A stretch of DNA of 64,000 nt from Chara braunii (lineage: Eukaryota; Plantae; Charophyceae). Numbering within the stretch: the stretch's first letter is position 1; each line of letters starts with the position of its first letter. Shown here piece by piece: positions 49,701 to 62,394 of the stretch. The translations under genes were made by a program, and so were the position numbers. A model generated the notes under the pieces. It searched no databases and was not told where the DNA came from. It saw only the letters and a list, made by a program, of their open reading frames with translations. The DNA lies in the NCBI GenBank assembly GCA_003427395.1, contig BFEA01000010.1:7052077-7116076 (forward strand), given 5' to 3'.

Positions 49701-52700
49701 GATCCACACTTAGTATTCCTAGGCACTTTTACTAAGTTCACTCCCTTCCCAACCTGAGACGCGTGGGAACTTTCGGTCACCAAGCTAAACTCAGTTTTTT
49801 GTGCTCATCTGACTTCAAGGAACTGTCAGCAGTCAAAATCGGTGCCAATCACTTATGACTGCGACTGTCTCGAGCAACTACAGCCAAAGATCATATTACT
49901 TTTAGTCACCATCCAACAGATACTTTGCCAGTAGGTAGGCGATCCTACGAGATGATGATGATCTACTACCCATCAGGGGTAACGACAAAAAAAAAGGACA
50001 ACGAAAACCGAAGGAAACACGCTCAAATAGGGCCCTTTTCAGGATCAACTCATACAGTTTTCATTGGACTTTGTCACATTTTACTTCTCACCATGAACGT
50101 GTTGTATAAATCTGAGACTTGTGACACTATCTGCCCGTTTTAACAGGCACCACTTCGACGGCAAGTCCACCGAAAACACCAAAAGAAAACATGGGATGAA
50201 CTCAACTTTGCATTTCGAGTGACGTACAAACTGACAGGGGAAATACTAATTACTGTAATTAAAATTGACTTATGTATTACAAAATTATGTGTCAGCTCAA
50301 GTTGGTCGTACCCTCTTCACCGAAACTAGAGCACGCATAACACATGGATGACTAGAGTCGTTAATGACTTATCCGCTTGACAACCATGCTTACTTGGTTT
50401 CGTGGTTTTACCTTACAGCCAGTGTTCAAGTCCCTTATCTAGAAGAATACACCAGACCTGTAGGGAGCTTCATAATAAAGGACCCTGTACAATGTTCTTC
50501 ATTACCCATTCGCACTGTTAACTCTGATAGAGGGAGAGAGGGGAAAGACACACAGAACCAGCCAAGTGCAGGTCCGAGTAGCCTCAAATACAACTATTCC
50601 ATATTACTAACCGTTAAACCTTATTCGTTCCTAGCGGCATCAAACCTTCTCACATCACTGACTAGCGTTCGGGTTGTCTTGACGAGGCGAAGCCATGGAC
50701 AATGAGTTCGACTAGTTTGCGCCGGGATTTTTAGTGATGTCAACAAGATTGCTTCCCTCCCTCCTTTACATGAGTGCGCATCGACACGGTGCACAAAGAT
50801 CCTCTTACAAAACAAACCTCACACAAGTATCTATCCTCCTCTGCACGTACATTGCCATGACCTCAATTGCTCAGTCGTTTCATGGAATCATACCACCCCG
50901 CAGCGCAACTTGGGAAGATGAGTAGCAACCCTTCTACTAAGGGATAACTTCTTGGAAAGTCTCTCGCTTCCTCCCGTAGATTGCTCGCACAAGCTAGTCC
51001 CTTCTCCTACCAGCACCCTTGTCCTTGCTCAACGTAGCTACCAGGCAAGGCATAGTTTCCCTTATATCAAACAACAAAGTCATCCGCACCGAGTTGGTGA
51101 CGTCAGCAAAGAAACACAGAAGCCCCCCCCTCTCTTCCTCTTCAGACAACAGTAAGGTATGACCCTGATTACTCTCGCGGAGTGGGAGATGAGCAGCAAG
51201 CCCCACCTCCGTTCAAAGGTCAGAGGGGGAATCTATGAGACTGTTCGCAAGGATCGAGGTCTGACGAGACAGAAGGCACCAGGGAAAAGAAGGTAGCTAG
51301 CGTCAACCGAGGCACCCAGTCTTCAAAGCGCGCAAGGTTCTCGCTACCCTTACTTCCACTCCATGCCACACGCGCTCAAACCATCGTCATGACTTCTAGG
51401 ACGGAAGCCATCCCCCTTTTCGTTGACGTCTGAGGAACAAGCTCTCCTTCGCCAGGTATGCAACAGGCATCCCAGTTAGAGAACAACATCAACAATAACA
51501 TCATAGCTCAGGGGCAACCCCGTTCTCTCTCTCTGTATCTGACCCCACTCGCACTCCCTCTCGTCTTCTCTCTTCTCCCGATCGTGACTAGATGTCTCTT
51601 CGATAGTGATGACGTCAACGGAGAAGCTGTACATGTGTCTCTCTCTCTCGTCTAATTCACCTCTTCCATTCTTGAGCGTGCCCTTCGCGCGAGCAGCCGT
51701 CCCGTAATTGCCTCACGGCCTACTGCCCATCTCGACGCTGGGCCGAGCTGACTTTTTGGCCGTCTTCCCCTGTCCCCACCAATGGGTGGTTCTTGTGGAT
51801 CTGATCCAGCCCGTGCCAGGACTAGGTCTGATCCTCCCGGTCGCTAGCCTCGCTTTCTGCCTCGGAGTCACGGTCAAGGTGTTGCTGCTCCCGTTCCGCT
51901 GTATCAGTCGAAGTCTTCGCCTCTAGGTACGATACGATCACTTTTTGTTCATCCGTGACTCCATCCCTTCTACACCTCCTTTCCGCGCGGTCCCTGGCCT
52001 CAGTAATTGCCATCTGCAGGCCTGGGTCCGCCCTCATCTCTTCCTCTTTTTCCCCTTCTACATTTATCTTTAGTTTCGCCTCTTGCCTGCCGTAGCTGTA
52101 ATCCAGCACGACGGTCACAGTAGGCCCTTCGCCCGACATCTGCTCCCATTTCCACAGAAACTGAAGGCACCTTGGCCTATACCCGTACAACCCACTGCTG
52201 CGTACCATAGCTGCACCCCCCACTTTTTGATAGGTAATATATGAAACTCGGACACCGACCCCATAAACACTCGGGGCTTAACACTCCCCGCACGCCCCTT
52301 CGGCAGAGTGCATCACTTCCGCCCAGCCGCTCAGCCCTCTCTTCAATTCACCAACAAGTAGCGAGGAGAGGCTACCAATGGCCGGGTAACCAGAAGCTCA
52401 TCTCCTTCTCCTTTATACGATCGCCATTTGTCGCGACCCCGACGTTCAGAACGAGGGATCCAAACAAACTTCTCAGGATTACACCCCTTTTTGATTTTGT
52501 AATTGCAAAAAAAAATATTAAGGCAGTACGCCTACGGTTATAGGGCCTGCTATTGAGTGAAAAGACCGCAAGACTTAGCGCGGTGGTCCCATAATGGTAT
52601 ACTGACCGACGCTCTTGTCCCTTCAAAATGAGCCGTCGGCCTACCTCTATCGGGTACCCGTGTCCAATGGCAAGGAGGGGGCTTATGACCCTCCATGGGG

Positions 52701-53351
52701 GGTGATAGGCTCCCTACCGATGCGGCTGCGGGTCGCCCCTCTTTTGGGGTTCCGCTGCGCGATGCTCAGCCGGACAGATCGACTACCGGGCGATACGTGA
52801 AAAGTCGGCCAATCCAGGCCACCAAACGACAATCGGGGTTCAAAAATGGACCGCGCGAAGTGACGGAAGGTCAAGAGAAAAAACAAACTCCAAAAACAAC
52901 TAATAAATTTAACTAGGATAATAATAACAATAATAATATTAATAATAATAATAATAATAATAGAAAGAAATCATAACACCGCTGTGGCCAGAGGTCACTA
53001 GATCGTCTCAAACAGAAGAGGGCACTCGCCGCGCAGTAGAAAAGACCGCGGCTGTCCCTCTACCTTCACGTCCCTGGGCGAACCCGGCAGCTACCACGGC
53101 TACAGGCCGGTAGTGCCCTGCTATACAGCAGGGCGCCGAGCCTGCGTGGACCAATGGAAAGCCCAGTGGTGCACTCGTTTTGTTGAGGGCAGGCACCAAC
53201 TGGGTTAATCCATTGCTAGGTACGACTCAAGCATTCTAGGAGCATTGAAGAGGTTCGAGAATACGCAGATGAGACTGACATCTGAGTAAGGGTTGATACT
53301 AAACAGGAACTTGGTACACAGAGGAGGGCCGAGACATCGCGCCCTCCGACA
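46758..53351 (-). repeat. 5' LTR (~6.6 kb)
   Basis: Inner end fixed by the PBS (TGTCG on +). Candidate outer end CGACA at 53351 gives a 5-bp IR, but the other copy does not confirm it. Confidence 0.8.
47204..47887 (-). CDS. 227-aa hypothetical ORF embedded in the 5' LTR (copy of 29535-30218)
   Basis: Identical translation apart from ambiguous bases. Confidence 0.6.
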   Translation of the reverse strand: MSTIQSHSVSKSVLTTLNQIALKEAFHYQYVSVVGFKXEDLSIFVVLTVFAEGTVHDLRPYLRKGKETHEHFDSVWTVAAGYLEEREKELDESGAKLIRSFRPKLYSDYPRPPVPFTLTDDSHWXDLINLAKRYISPAKIDYEAVTEPSEFPHLRRGIFSQPYLPTLLEEFYATVDFRIMGLGWKCSELAGFRCLHSEVTDSESTGTWLEAQETYNKVRKRVRDSEG

Positions 53352-53495
53352 GCGTGTCACAGCGTGTGCGTGTGTGTTTGGCGGGGGAATTGGGGGGGGT
53401 CTGTGTTTTTTTTCTCATTTTTATGTTTTTTATTTTTTTAATATATACGAACTTAAAAAAATAAAAATAAAAATATGGGGTCGTATATCTCCTAA

Positions 53496-53699
53496 ATATC
53501 TACAAGACCTAGGTTACCTGATTGGACGATTGGGACCCCCCTGACCGTTTGGGATGTCTGACCGGACGTCTGGTCGGACGTTGGACTGGACAGGGTATGT
53601 CCGACCTACCATATCTACAAGACCTAGGTTACCTGATTGGACGATTGGGACCCCCCTGACCGTTTGGGATGTCTGACCGGACGTCTGGTCGGACGTTGG

Positions 53700-53750
<51 letters not shown>
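53496..53750. repeat. 116-bp-period duplication followed by a ~50-nt poly(A)
   Basis: atatctacaagacctaggttacctgattggacg...ggtcggacgttgga at 53496 and 53612. Confidence 0.85.
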
Positions 53751-53754
<4 letters not shown>

Positions 53755-54399
53755 AAAAAAATCATGTGGCTTTCACCTTGCATAAGGTGTATGCCACCAA
53801 ATTTGGGCAAGTAGAATAAACAATAAAAATCTTCAAATATTCTAATCCCCACCGATACCCCTCCTATCCCCACCAAAACCCCTCGTACCCCAAATACCAC
53901 CCTATCACGAAATGCTCAGAAAAATCTGAAATTTTTTGTGGGGGGTCTCTAGGGCATGCGCAACACTGTCATTTTCTTTTTTCTTTTTAAATATTATTTA
54001 GTGTCAAAAAGCCGTCGTCCGGAAATCCGGACCATTGGTAACGTAGTACAAGGCTATATTTTTTATTATTTATTTTGTTATTTCTTGCCTGCAAAAAAAT
54101 CTCTGTTAAAAAAAAGAAAAACCCACCCATTTTTATTTATTTTTTTGTTATTTTTTTTCTTTTATGTTTTTTATTTTGTTTAAATAAAGAAAAAAATAAA
54201 AAAATAAAATAAAAAACACAAGGTTGTATACCTCAAAAATATCTACAACCCTGTATTTTTTATTTTTGTTTTTATTCCCAAGCCCGCTCAAAACCCGCTC
54301 AAGCGCTTTTGAGCGCGGGACTGAGCGGAGCTCAAAATTTTGAGCTCCGACCCCGTGCTCAATCAGCGCGCGGTAATGCAGAGGTGGAGTAGAGATGTG

Positions 54400-55500
54400 T
54401 TTTTTATAGAAACCAGGCCCTTGGTCCGGCCTTTTCCAGAAGGCTAGTGCTGCCATACACATTTTATGGTCTAAGCCTGGGTGAGGGTTTTAGGGGAGAA
54501 TCACAACTAGTGTCAAACTCCTTGTCAGGGCTTCTGATGCCAAAATTAGGTGGATTATTGATTTGGAAAGTCTAGCCGGGTTGTTGTTTCGAATGCAGGT
54601 AAAGGTCCTTTCTTGGGGAAAGGTGCGGCGATATGTGTCGAAGAGGGAGAGCGAGTTACATAGCCGCAGGAGCATATTTTTGTCCTCCTCGGCATGTCGT
54701 AAGGTGGAGGGGAGGACTTGCCAACGGTCGAGCCATCGATCCGGGGTGGCGTTGAAGTCATCTGCCAAGATGACCGGAATACCTTGTGGGACCTTGGTTT
54801 GAATTTTTGTGAAAAATTCCTCTCGTTCCGGTGCAGTATTTGGGGCATATAAACAGAAAATGCAAACGACTTCCAGTTCCAAGGCCCCTAATATCGAGAC
54901 CCAACAGCCTTCCTTTGCGTCCTTTTCCCAGTCCAACACATCCAGGCGGGAGTATGGGGGAACCCATATTGCAGTTCCAGCCCAGGCCGGTCTGGGTGCG
55001 TGCGCACAAAAGGCTTGAAAGGGTCAGACCATTTTATGGGCCCTGTGGTGGTCCGGGGTGTCCATCAAATGTGTCTCCTGGACGCATATAACGTCTGGCC
55101 AGGTGCACCCCCCTGCTCCCCGGAGCATGTCCCATATCGCATGTTTTTTGTCGGGATTGTGGGAGACCAAACCATTGACATTGATGGATCTGAGATCCAT
55201 ATCCGCGTTTTGCAGAGTGCTTCGCCAGGCAAGTGTATTGGTCCCATGAGACGCGGTCATTGATAATGTTTTTCCTTAATATGGAGCATAGGCTGGTGAG
55301 GAACTCTATGTCAGACCAGATCTGGCTGGCCATGACCCTGGAGAGTTGTAGGTCCAGCAGCATGTTGTGGGATACCCAAGTAAGATCCGCTTCTTTCTTT
55401 TCGTCAAACAGAACATACAGGTCATTGTCTGCTATTCTGCAGGAACCTGACCTGGTTCATAGTGAGAGCTGGCACAGTCACCAAAACAGTTTGTAATTGC
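54400..55500 (-). pseudogene. LINE-C: probable end of ORF1 and the APE endonuclease of ORF2
   Basis: MDLRSINVNGL, DVICVQETHL, CLYAPN, LADDFNAT, LFDTYRRTFPQERTFT, RPDQGPGFYK. Confidence 0.85.
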
Positions 55501-57279
55501 ATTTGAAACTGCGTTTTAGCAGTTTCGTCAGGGCCCGAGTTTCAATTGTAGTTGAGACTCGGCCCGAGTTTCAATTGCAGTTGAAACTCGGCCCTATGCA
55601 GTTCAGTCAGGGCCCTCGTCTATCCACGAACAGCAGATAAACAAACAAACAAAAAAAAACATCCCTTATGCTGTGATTGCGGTCCGATACAGGATGCTAC
55701 AGTACTTGTCTGGAACTCAATGAAGCGTGGAATCCGCCCTGCCTGGCTGGCAGGGCGCTACAGGGACCTCACAACAAGAAACAAAAAAGGAAATCGACTT
55801 GTTTCATGTTCCTCACTTCCTGGCCAGATACATTCCTCAAAGCACCCGTGACCTGAGGGCCTTCCCGACGTAGGTGGATTCCAAGTTCCTCGTTTCTTTA
55901 CTTTTTTTTTTTCTTTTTTTTTTTTTCGGCCTCCATCCCTGCCCCGAGCCCCCCACTTCTTCTGAGTAGGCTACTCTTGAGACTTCGTGTTTGCCTGTGA
56001 AGGGTAGTGCCTGCNNNNNNNNNNNNNNNNNNNNNNNNNNNNNNNNNNNNNNNNNNNNNNNNNNNNNNNNNNNNNNNNNNNNNNNNNNNNNNNNNNNNNN
56101 NNNNNNNNNNNNNNNNNNNNNNNNNNNNNNNNNNNNNNNNNNNNNNNNNNNNNNNNNNNNNNNNNNNNNNNNNNNNNNNNNNNNNNNNNNNNNNNNNNNN
56201 NNNNNNNNNNNNNNNNNNNNNNNNNNNNNNNNNNNNNNNNNNNNNNNNNNNNNNNNNNNNNNNNNNNNNNNNNNNNNNNNNNNNNNNNNNNNNNNNNNNN
56301 NNNNNNNNNNNNNNNNNNNNNNNNNNNNNNNNNNNNNNNNNNNNNNNNNNNNNNNNNNNNNNNNNNNNNNNNNNNNNNNNNNNNNNNNNNNNNNNNNNNN
56401 NNNNNNNNNNNNNNNNNNNNNNNNNNNNNNNNNNNNNNNNNNNNNNNNNNNNNNNNNNNNNNNNNNNNNNNNNNNNNNNNNNNNNNNNNNNNNNNNNNNN
56501 NNNNNNNNNNNNNNNNNNNNNNNNNNNNNNNNNNNNNNNNNNNNNNNNNNNNNNNNNNNNNNNNNNNNNNNNNNNNNNNNNNNNNNNNNNNNNNNNNNNN
56601 NNNNNNNNNNNNNNNNNNNNNNNNNNNNNNNNNNNNNNNNNNNNNNNNNNNNNNNNNNNNNNNNNNNNNNNNNNNNNNNNNNNNNNNNNNNNNNNNNNNN
56701 NNNNNNNNNNNNNNNNNNNNNNNNNNNNNNNNNNNNNNNNNNNNNNNNNNNNNNNNNNNNNNNNNNNNNNNNNNNNNNNNNNNNNNNNNNNNGGGGGAAG
56801 GGATGGGAGAGGGGGAGGGTGTCTGGGTGGGAACAATGTCTGTAGAAGGGGAAAGCTCTGCCTCGGGGAGCGGGCATTGGAATTGCTTGTGGAGTCTGTG
56901 GACGATACCCAAGACCCGGTGCCAAATTTGCTGACTATCCACTGAATGGGGCAGCCCTTGTTCTAAGGCCTGTGTGAGACTTGGACCACTGTCCAGCAGG
57001 TCGACCAGTCCCAAAATTCTGCCCATAGGTATGTGTATCTAGCCCTCAGACAGTCATGAACCCATTCGGCCAGGGCCTTCATCTTCTCCCCTACATCTCC
57101 TTGTGGTTGGGGGGCAGAGTCTGTCATAATTATGTCCCGGGGGGGGCGGAGTCTCAGTTGTCTCTGCTGTGGCTGACTCTGGGTACTCCAGATGCATAGG
57201 CTGCGGACCAAAAGCCTGCTGGAAGGGGTCAGCAGCTGGGGGGAGGCAGAAGGCCTGCTGCCCTTTGTTCCACAATTCC

Positions 57280-60200
57280 TTTTTTTTTTTTTTTTCCAAA
57301 GAAAACATCCACGGAAGCAGCTTGAGGCGCTGGTAGGAGCAGTCACCTCAAGCTGGTCCGGGGGAGGCTCCATCTATTGGTGGGGAGCAGCACCTGCTGG
57401 GAAACGGGCCCAGCGTCCCAATGTACAGAAATCGGGAAATTCATAGGGAATTCAGACATGTANTGTGTGTACTGTGTTTCTGTATATAGTTCAGACGTGT
57501 CACTGTGTATGTGTGCTTGTGTGCTTGTATGAGCAGCCTCAGTGATGTTGTTCTGTGCCCCTGCATCTTGGCAGTATTTGTGAAGTATGTGACCTGTGTT
57601 GTGTGTGCTGTGCATGTTTGTAGGAATGTAATAACGTAGTACCGTGCGTGTTTATAACTATTTACAGTCGCCATTTAGGCAGTAGAACAGTACTGTTGTA
57701 GTGAGTCATAGCGGTTTATCAAGACCAAAATAATTGCAAAAAAATTCACAGTTCACCGGTAATGGTATCCCGATGGCCTGATTGTAGTGCTTTTTGTTAT
57801 GTACAATGTGGTGCAAGACCAATGGCTGCAACAACCACTTCTGAGCAGGATTCTGGCTGCCTCCGTACAGAGGGTAGAGAGGAAGACTGTCCCAGGCCGG
57901 CTTAGTGACTGAGGGGAGGGCGAAGGCGTTTTGTTGGTACGGGTGTGTGTGGAATTGGGGGGAGGCCTGGGTAGCTGGGTAGTGGGTAACAGGACTGAGG
58001 AGGGAACGGAGAGGGAAAACGGGGGGGGAGGGGGGGGGGGCGGNGGGATGGCGGGGAGGGCGAGTAGAAGTTGGGATGGCAGTGGACCCTCAGTCACAGA
58101 TGAGGATAAAGTCTGTCGGTTGGTGTACTATTTGAAAGTGCTGCGTTGGCAGGCGTTCCCACGCCGCTTCAGCCTGAAGCCAGGGGTGCCATGTAAGTGT
58201 GTTATCGTTATTGAGACTGCATGGTCTGTGGTTTGAGTCGGTTCATGTCTCTACGAAGGTGGTCCGGAGTCTCTGTCTTTTGTCAGTGTCTGGTTCGTCA
58301 GCCATTCTGTTCCGCAGTTCTTTGTGGGCCGTCTGAGTATTGGCAGCTATTGTGTCAATTATTGTTGATCGAGCTTGCATGTAGCCGAAATTGTGTTGTT
58401 TCCTCTCGTAAGAGCAGCGCATCCTCCAGGCTGCCATGAGCACGGCAAGTCTGGAGTATGCAAATAAATTGGACGTGAACGGGGTCCAGTCCCCAACCCC
58501 TGCTGGGGCGGCCTTTAGCAGGAGAGTGGCCACTTCCCATGGGAGGTGGCAGTCTGTGAGATAATGTCACGCTGCATCCCACCACCTCCACATTTGGAGC
58601 ACCATAGGGCAGTCCAGCGGGCAGTGTTCTAAAGTGGCTCTTCTGTTGGGCAGCGTGTGGGAACAGTACGAGCACAGTGGGGACAGCTGTCCTTTCTCCT
58701 CCAGGTCCGTTTGTGATGTAATCCAATCCGGGGAAGATAGGCACCTGTGTATAATTTGCCACTGCAGGGCCCTATGGCTAGTCGGACGGATGTGGGAGAA
58801 TGAGGACCATCGGAAGAGGTCAAAGTCCTGGGCTTCAAGGGGGTAATCTCGCACCCAACGTTTGGTGATTTGGTCAAGAATTCTGATTGGTTTACGCGTT
58901 GCTCTATAGCCCTTTTTCACTGTGTATTGGTACAGAGTCATCTTTTGGGATCCCTCCCATTTCCATTCCCATTCCGATGGGTCGAATGAGAGGCACTGTA
59001 GCGGGGTGGAGGGTTCATACTGGAAGAAACCATCCTTTTGGTTCCCCACCACCCTGATTGCAGTGAGACAGAATGCAGGAAGCTGTGTATCCAGTTCCTC
59101 TTGGCGCTGCAGTGTCGACCATCTGGCCCCTGGCATGGCCGGGCAGTAAGCTTGGAGTGAGACCAGTTGTTCCCCGACATTTTGCACATTATACAGAACC
59201 ATGGGAAGGGTCAGGGAATCTGTCGTCACCACCCAGTCATCCNGGANGAGTCTGGGACCCANTTTAAGGATTCGGATCCATGCCAACGGGATCGCTTCTT
59301 GGATTTCTTGTAAGTCGTTGGCCATGTTTGCGATCTGGCCCGTCTCAGTCTTGAGTTGGTCCACCGACGCCCATGACCCCGAGGGGATGTCCCATATGTC
59401 CCCTACCTTGTAGATTCCTTTCTCCACCCATCGTTTCCAGCCGGATTTTCCCTTGAGGGAGAGCGGTAGGCCATTGCGGTCCACAATTTGTGGATGTCCG
59501 AATAAAGGCTGGCGCCATATTTCCTCCCATTTGAGTGGCACCGGGGTTTGGGCCGGACCCCTTTCCCTCCGAAGGGTGAGCATGGTTGTCCACAACGGAT
59601 CCACTCGCAGATCTTGCCTAGCACGACCTGCGGGAGTGTCATCAGTGTCTGATCGGGGGCCACGAGGGATGGACCACCATTTGTTTGTTAGCCATTAGAA
59701 GGGATGGACCGGGCGGAGGGGGTGGGATGGGGGGGCTAAGCAAGCCAGTTGGATTTGTGCGTATGCGGCCCAGGGGATGTCGTTTCCAAGTAGGAGGCGC
59801 ACGAGGAATTTGAAGATAAGGGCTTTGATCTCCTCCTCTGGATCGATAACCCCAAGGCTGCCTTGAGATCCGGGCTGTACTATAGTCTCCCATGCCACNN
59901 TTTTTATTGCATGCGTGTCATTGTGGTCATTTTTCCACAGGTAGGCTGATGCCGCCTGTTTAAGTTTGGAAATGTGTTTATGGTCAAGTTGCCAAAAGGC
60001 AACTTTATACCATGTGGAGGCAAAGATGGCGTTATTGATGGCCGATGTGCGTCCCACCAGAGATGTGGGTTTGGCATCCCATCACGCGAGTTTCTTGACG
60101 GCGATCTCAACGAGGGAGTCTCCGTGGTCAGGGGGAGGACCCATAGCAGTTAGGTTCACCCCCAAGATCCTGATTGCAGTCTCCCTGTGTCTCTATGCAA

Positions 60201-62348
60201 CCTGCGGGGCCAGGGGGGCTGTCCACCCATAGGGTCGAGGAATCTCAAATAAGTGAATAGTGTGGGCCAATGCCTGAAAGCTCTCGCAGTTGGCCTTAAA
60301 GAGCACTGTAAGGTCATCTGCAAAGAGGGACGTGATCGGGATGAGATGGTCAGGAATTTCTGGAACCTGAATTTTTTGAATCAATGGGTTTGTCCTGATC
60401 ATGGATGCCAATGCCTCCATGACAAGGACAAATAACATGGGGGCAATAGGGTCCCCTTGCCTGACTGATCGTTGAAGTTCGAATGGCGGGGCTAGCTGGC
60501 CATTGAGCGTAATATTGGTGGTTGCTGTACGATGGAAGATGTCGATCCAGGTACAAAATTTGGGGCCAAAGTTCATTTTGTTAAGGCACATGTCCAAGAA
60601 GTCCCAGTCATCGTGGTCATAAGCCTTTTCGAAGTCAATGAACAGTATAGCCGCCTCGGCCTTCCTTTGTCTTGCATACCGAATTGTTTCATTCACCAAC
60701 AGGATGTTGTCTTGTATGTTCTGGTAGGGCATGAAGCCGGATTGGTCCGGATGGATGAGATGAGGGAGAAGGGGCAACAATCTGTTCGCCCATGCTTTAG
60801 CTATTATTTTGTATGGCACGGGCAAGAGGGTAATCGGTCTGTAATTTCTAACTTCCGATTTATCCCCTTTTTTGTATAGCAATGTTGTAACCCCTTGTTC
60901 AATCATGCCCCCGAATGTACCTTCGTGCTACACCGCATCAGCATACAGAACGAAGTCGTCTTCCAGGATTGGCCAGAATTGAATCCAGAACTCTTTTGGA
61001 AAAGAGTCCAGTCCTGGTGTCTTCTCGTCATCCATGTCCTGTAGAGCCTGAAAAATCTCTGCTTGTGAGACTGGGGTATCGAGGTTATTCCTCTGGGGAG
61101 TGGAGAGAAGAGAGGAGAGGGAGGCGAGCAGAGTCTCCCTTGCATGCTCCAGTGCATGTGGCTCTGTGTGAACTGTCTGTGAGGTGAAGAGATGTTTGTA
61201 GTATTGGGAAGCATACTCCACAATTTTATATGTATTAGTGGCCTGAGGTTGGGATCTATCAAAAGGGTGATTGAGGGAAGGCACTATGTTCTGCCTACTC
61301 CTGGCTTTTGCTTTTTTAAAAAATGATTTTGTCATCATGCCCTCTGTTGAGTCCCTTCTCACTCGAGCCTGAAGCCGCCATTTTTGAGTCCAATCGTCCA
61401 TGAATTCTTGGAGTTGGGCTCTAGCTCGTTGCAGCATGTCGTAGGTGTCAGGGTCCATTGGGTCATCGTTCAATTTTGAGTCCCAGTCTTCCAGCTGCTG
61501 CAGTAGTCTATCGAGGATTGCTTTTCGTTCGCGGGCATGTTGAATTGAGAATTTTTTCACTCTTTCTCGTAAGTCAGCAATCCCCTCGTTGAACAATTGG
61601 ACTATCGAGCCATCTTGGGGCTTGGTTGTTGTCCTGTAGGCCCAAAAGTCACAGACCAGTTGTTGGAAAGACCGGAGTTTTAAGAGGGATGTGTTAAATT
61701 TGAAGTACCCCGGTCCTCTTTCAATGTGCGTGTGAAAGGAGATGGCAATTGCTACCATCCGGTGGTCAAAGGATTTGCAAGGTGAGAAGGGAAGGATCTC
61801 AGTTGCGGTCAGCAGGCCTTGGAGGCTTTCCGAAAGAAGAATAAGATCTATTCTGGAGTTAGAGATCCCAGCTGCTCCCCTCGACCGGACGCATGTGTAG
61901 GCTCGGCTGGTCGGGTGCAACAGTCTGAATGTATCAGTGAGGTTCATGTCTGTCATCACACGGGCCAGCATGATAGCGTCCGGTCCTTTATCAATTTGAG
62001 AGCCCGTACCCTGCAGTGGTTGGGAGGGAGACCTCCTGTCCATCACCGGGTCAGGGGCACAGTTGAAGTCCCCACACTATATCAGTGGCGCATCAGTAGG
62101 AAGGGACTGCTGGAGGGAGAGAAAAAAAAGGGTTCTTAGAGACGGGTCACTTGGAGCATACACACATACTATGTAGACTGTTTCACTCCCGATTGTGGCT
62201 TTGAGCCATACCCATCTTCCGTCGACTTTGTCCCATTCAGCCTGGATTGGGGTCAGTCTAGAGGATGGAGGGAGCCATCCCTTGGATTCTGGGCTCCTGT
62301 TCTGTCCTGATGCCCTGTTCCTCCTGTTGCTATGGTTGAGCTCTATTC
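57280..62348 (-). mobile_element. LINE-D (L1/Tx1-like): most of ORF2 (APE, RT, Cys-rich end), long 3' UTR and poly(A); 5' end cut by the adapter junction
   Basis: GDFNC, SRIDLIL, FDH, GPGYFKFN, KTPGLD, NYRPITLL, IDFEKAYD, VRQGDP, FADD, C..C.....ATLEH...C. Terminal motif 57368-57427, poly(T) 57280-57295. Confidence 0.92.
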
Positions 62349-62386
62349 CTGTCTCTTATACACATCTAGATGTGTATAAGAGACAG
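62349..62386. other. Nextera mate-pair junction adapter (two inverted Tn5 mosaic ends): assembly artefact
   Basis: Exact CTGTCTCTTATACACATCT + AGATGTGTATAAGAGACAG. Confidence 0.98.
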
Positions 62387-62394
62387 CTCCGCGG

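Larger units (their letters stand above)
29374..53351 (-). mobile_element. Large Ty3/Gypsy LTR retrotransposon (non-chromovirus, Athila/Tat-like PBS), degenerate
   Basis: Long direct repeats flank extra ORF-gag-PR-RT-RNaseH-INT on the minus strand; a PBS adjoins the right repeat. Confidence 0.92.

Noticed and set aside
56793-57279. Possible LINE ORF1 fragment (EKMKALAEWVHDCLRARY)
   Set aside because: Its position upstream of LINE-C is suggestive, but it is short, borders a gap and has no diagnostic motif.
62349-62386. Horizontally acquired Tn5/IS50 ends
   Set aside because: It is the synthetic mosaic-end pair in mate-pair junction orientation with no transposase; an artefact.
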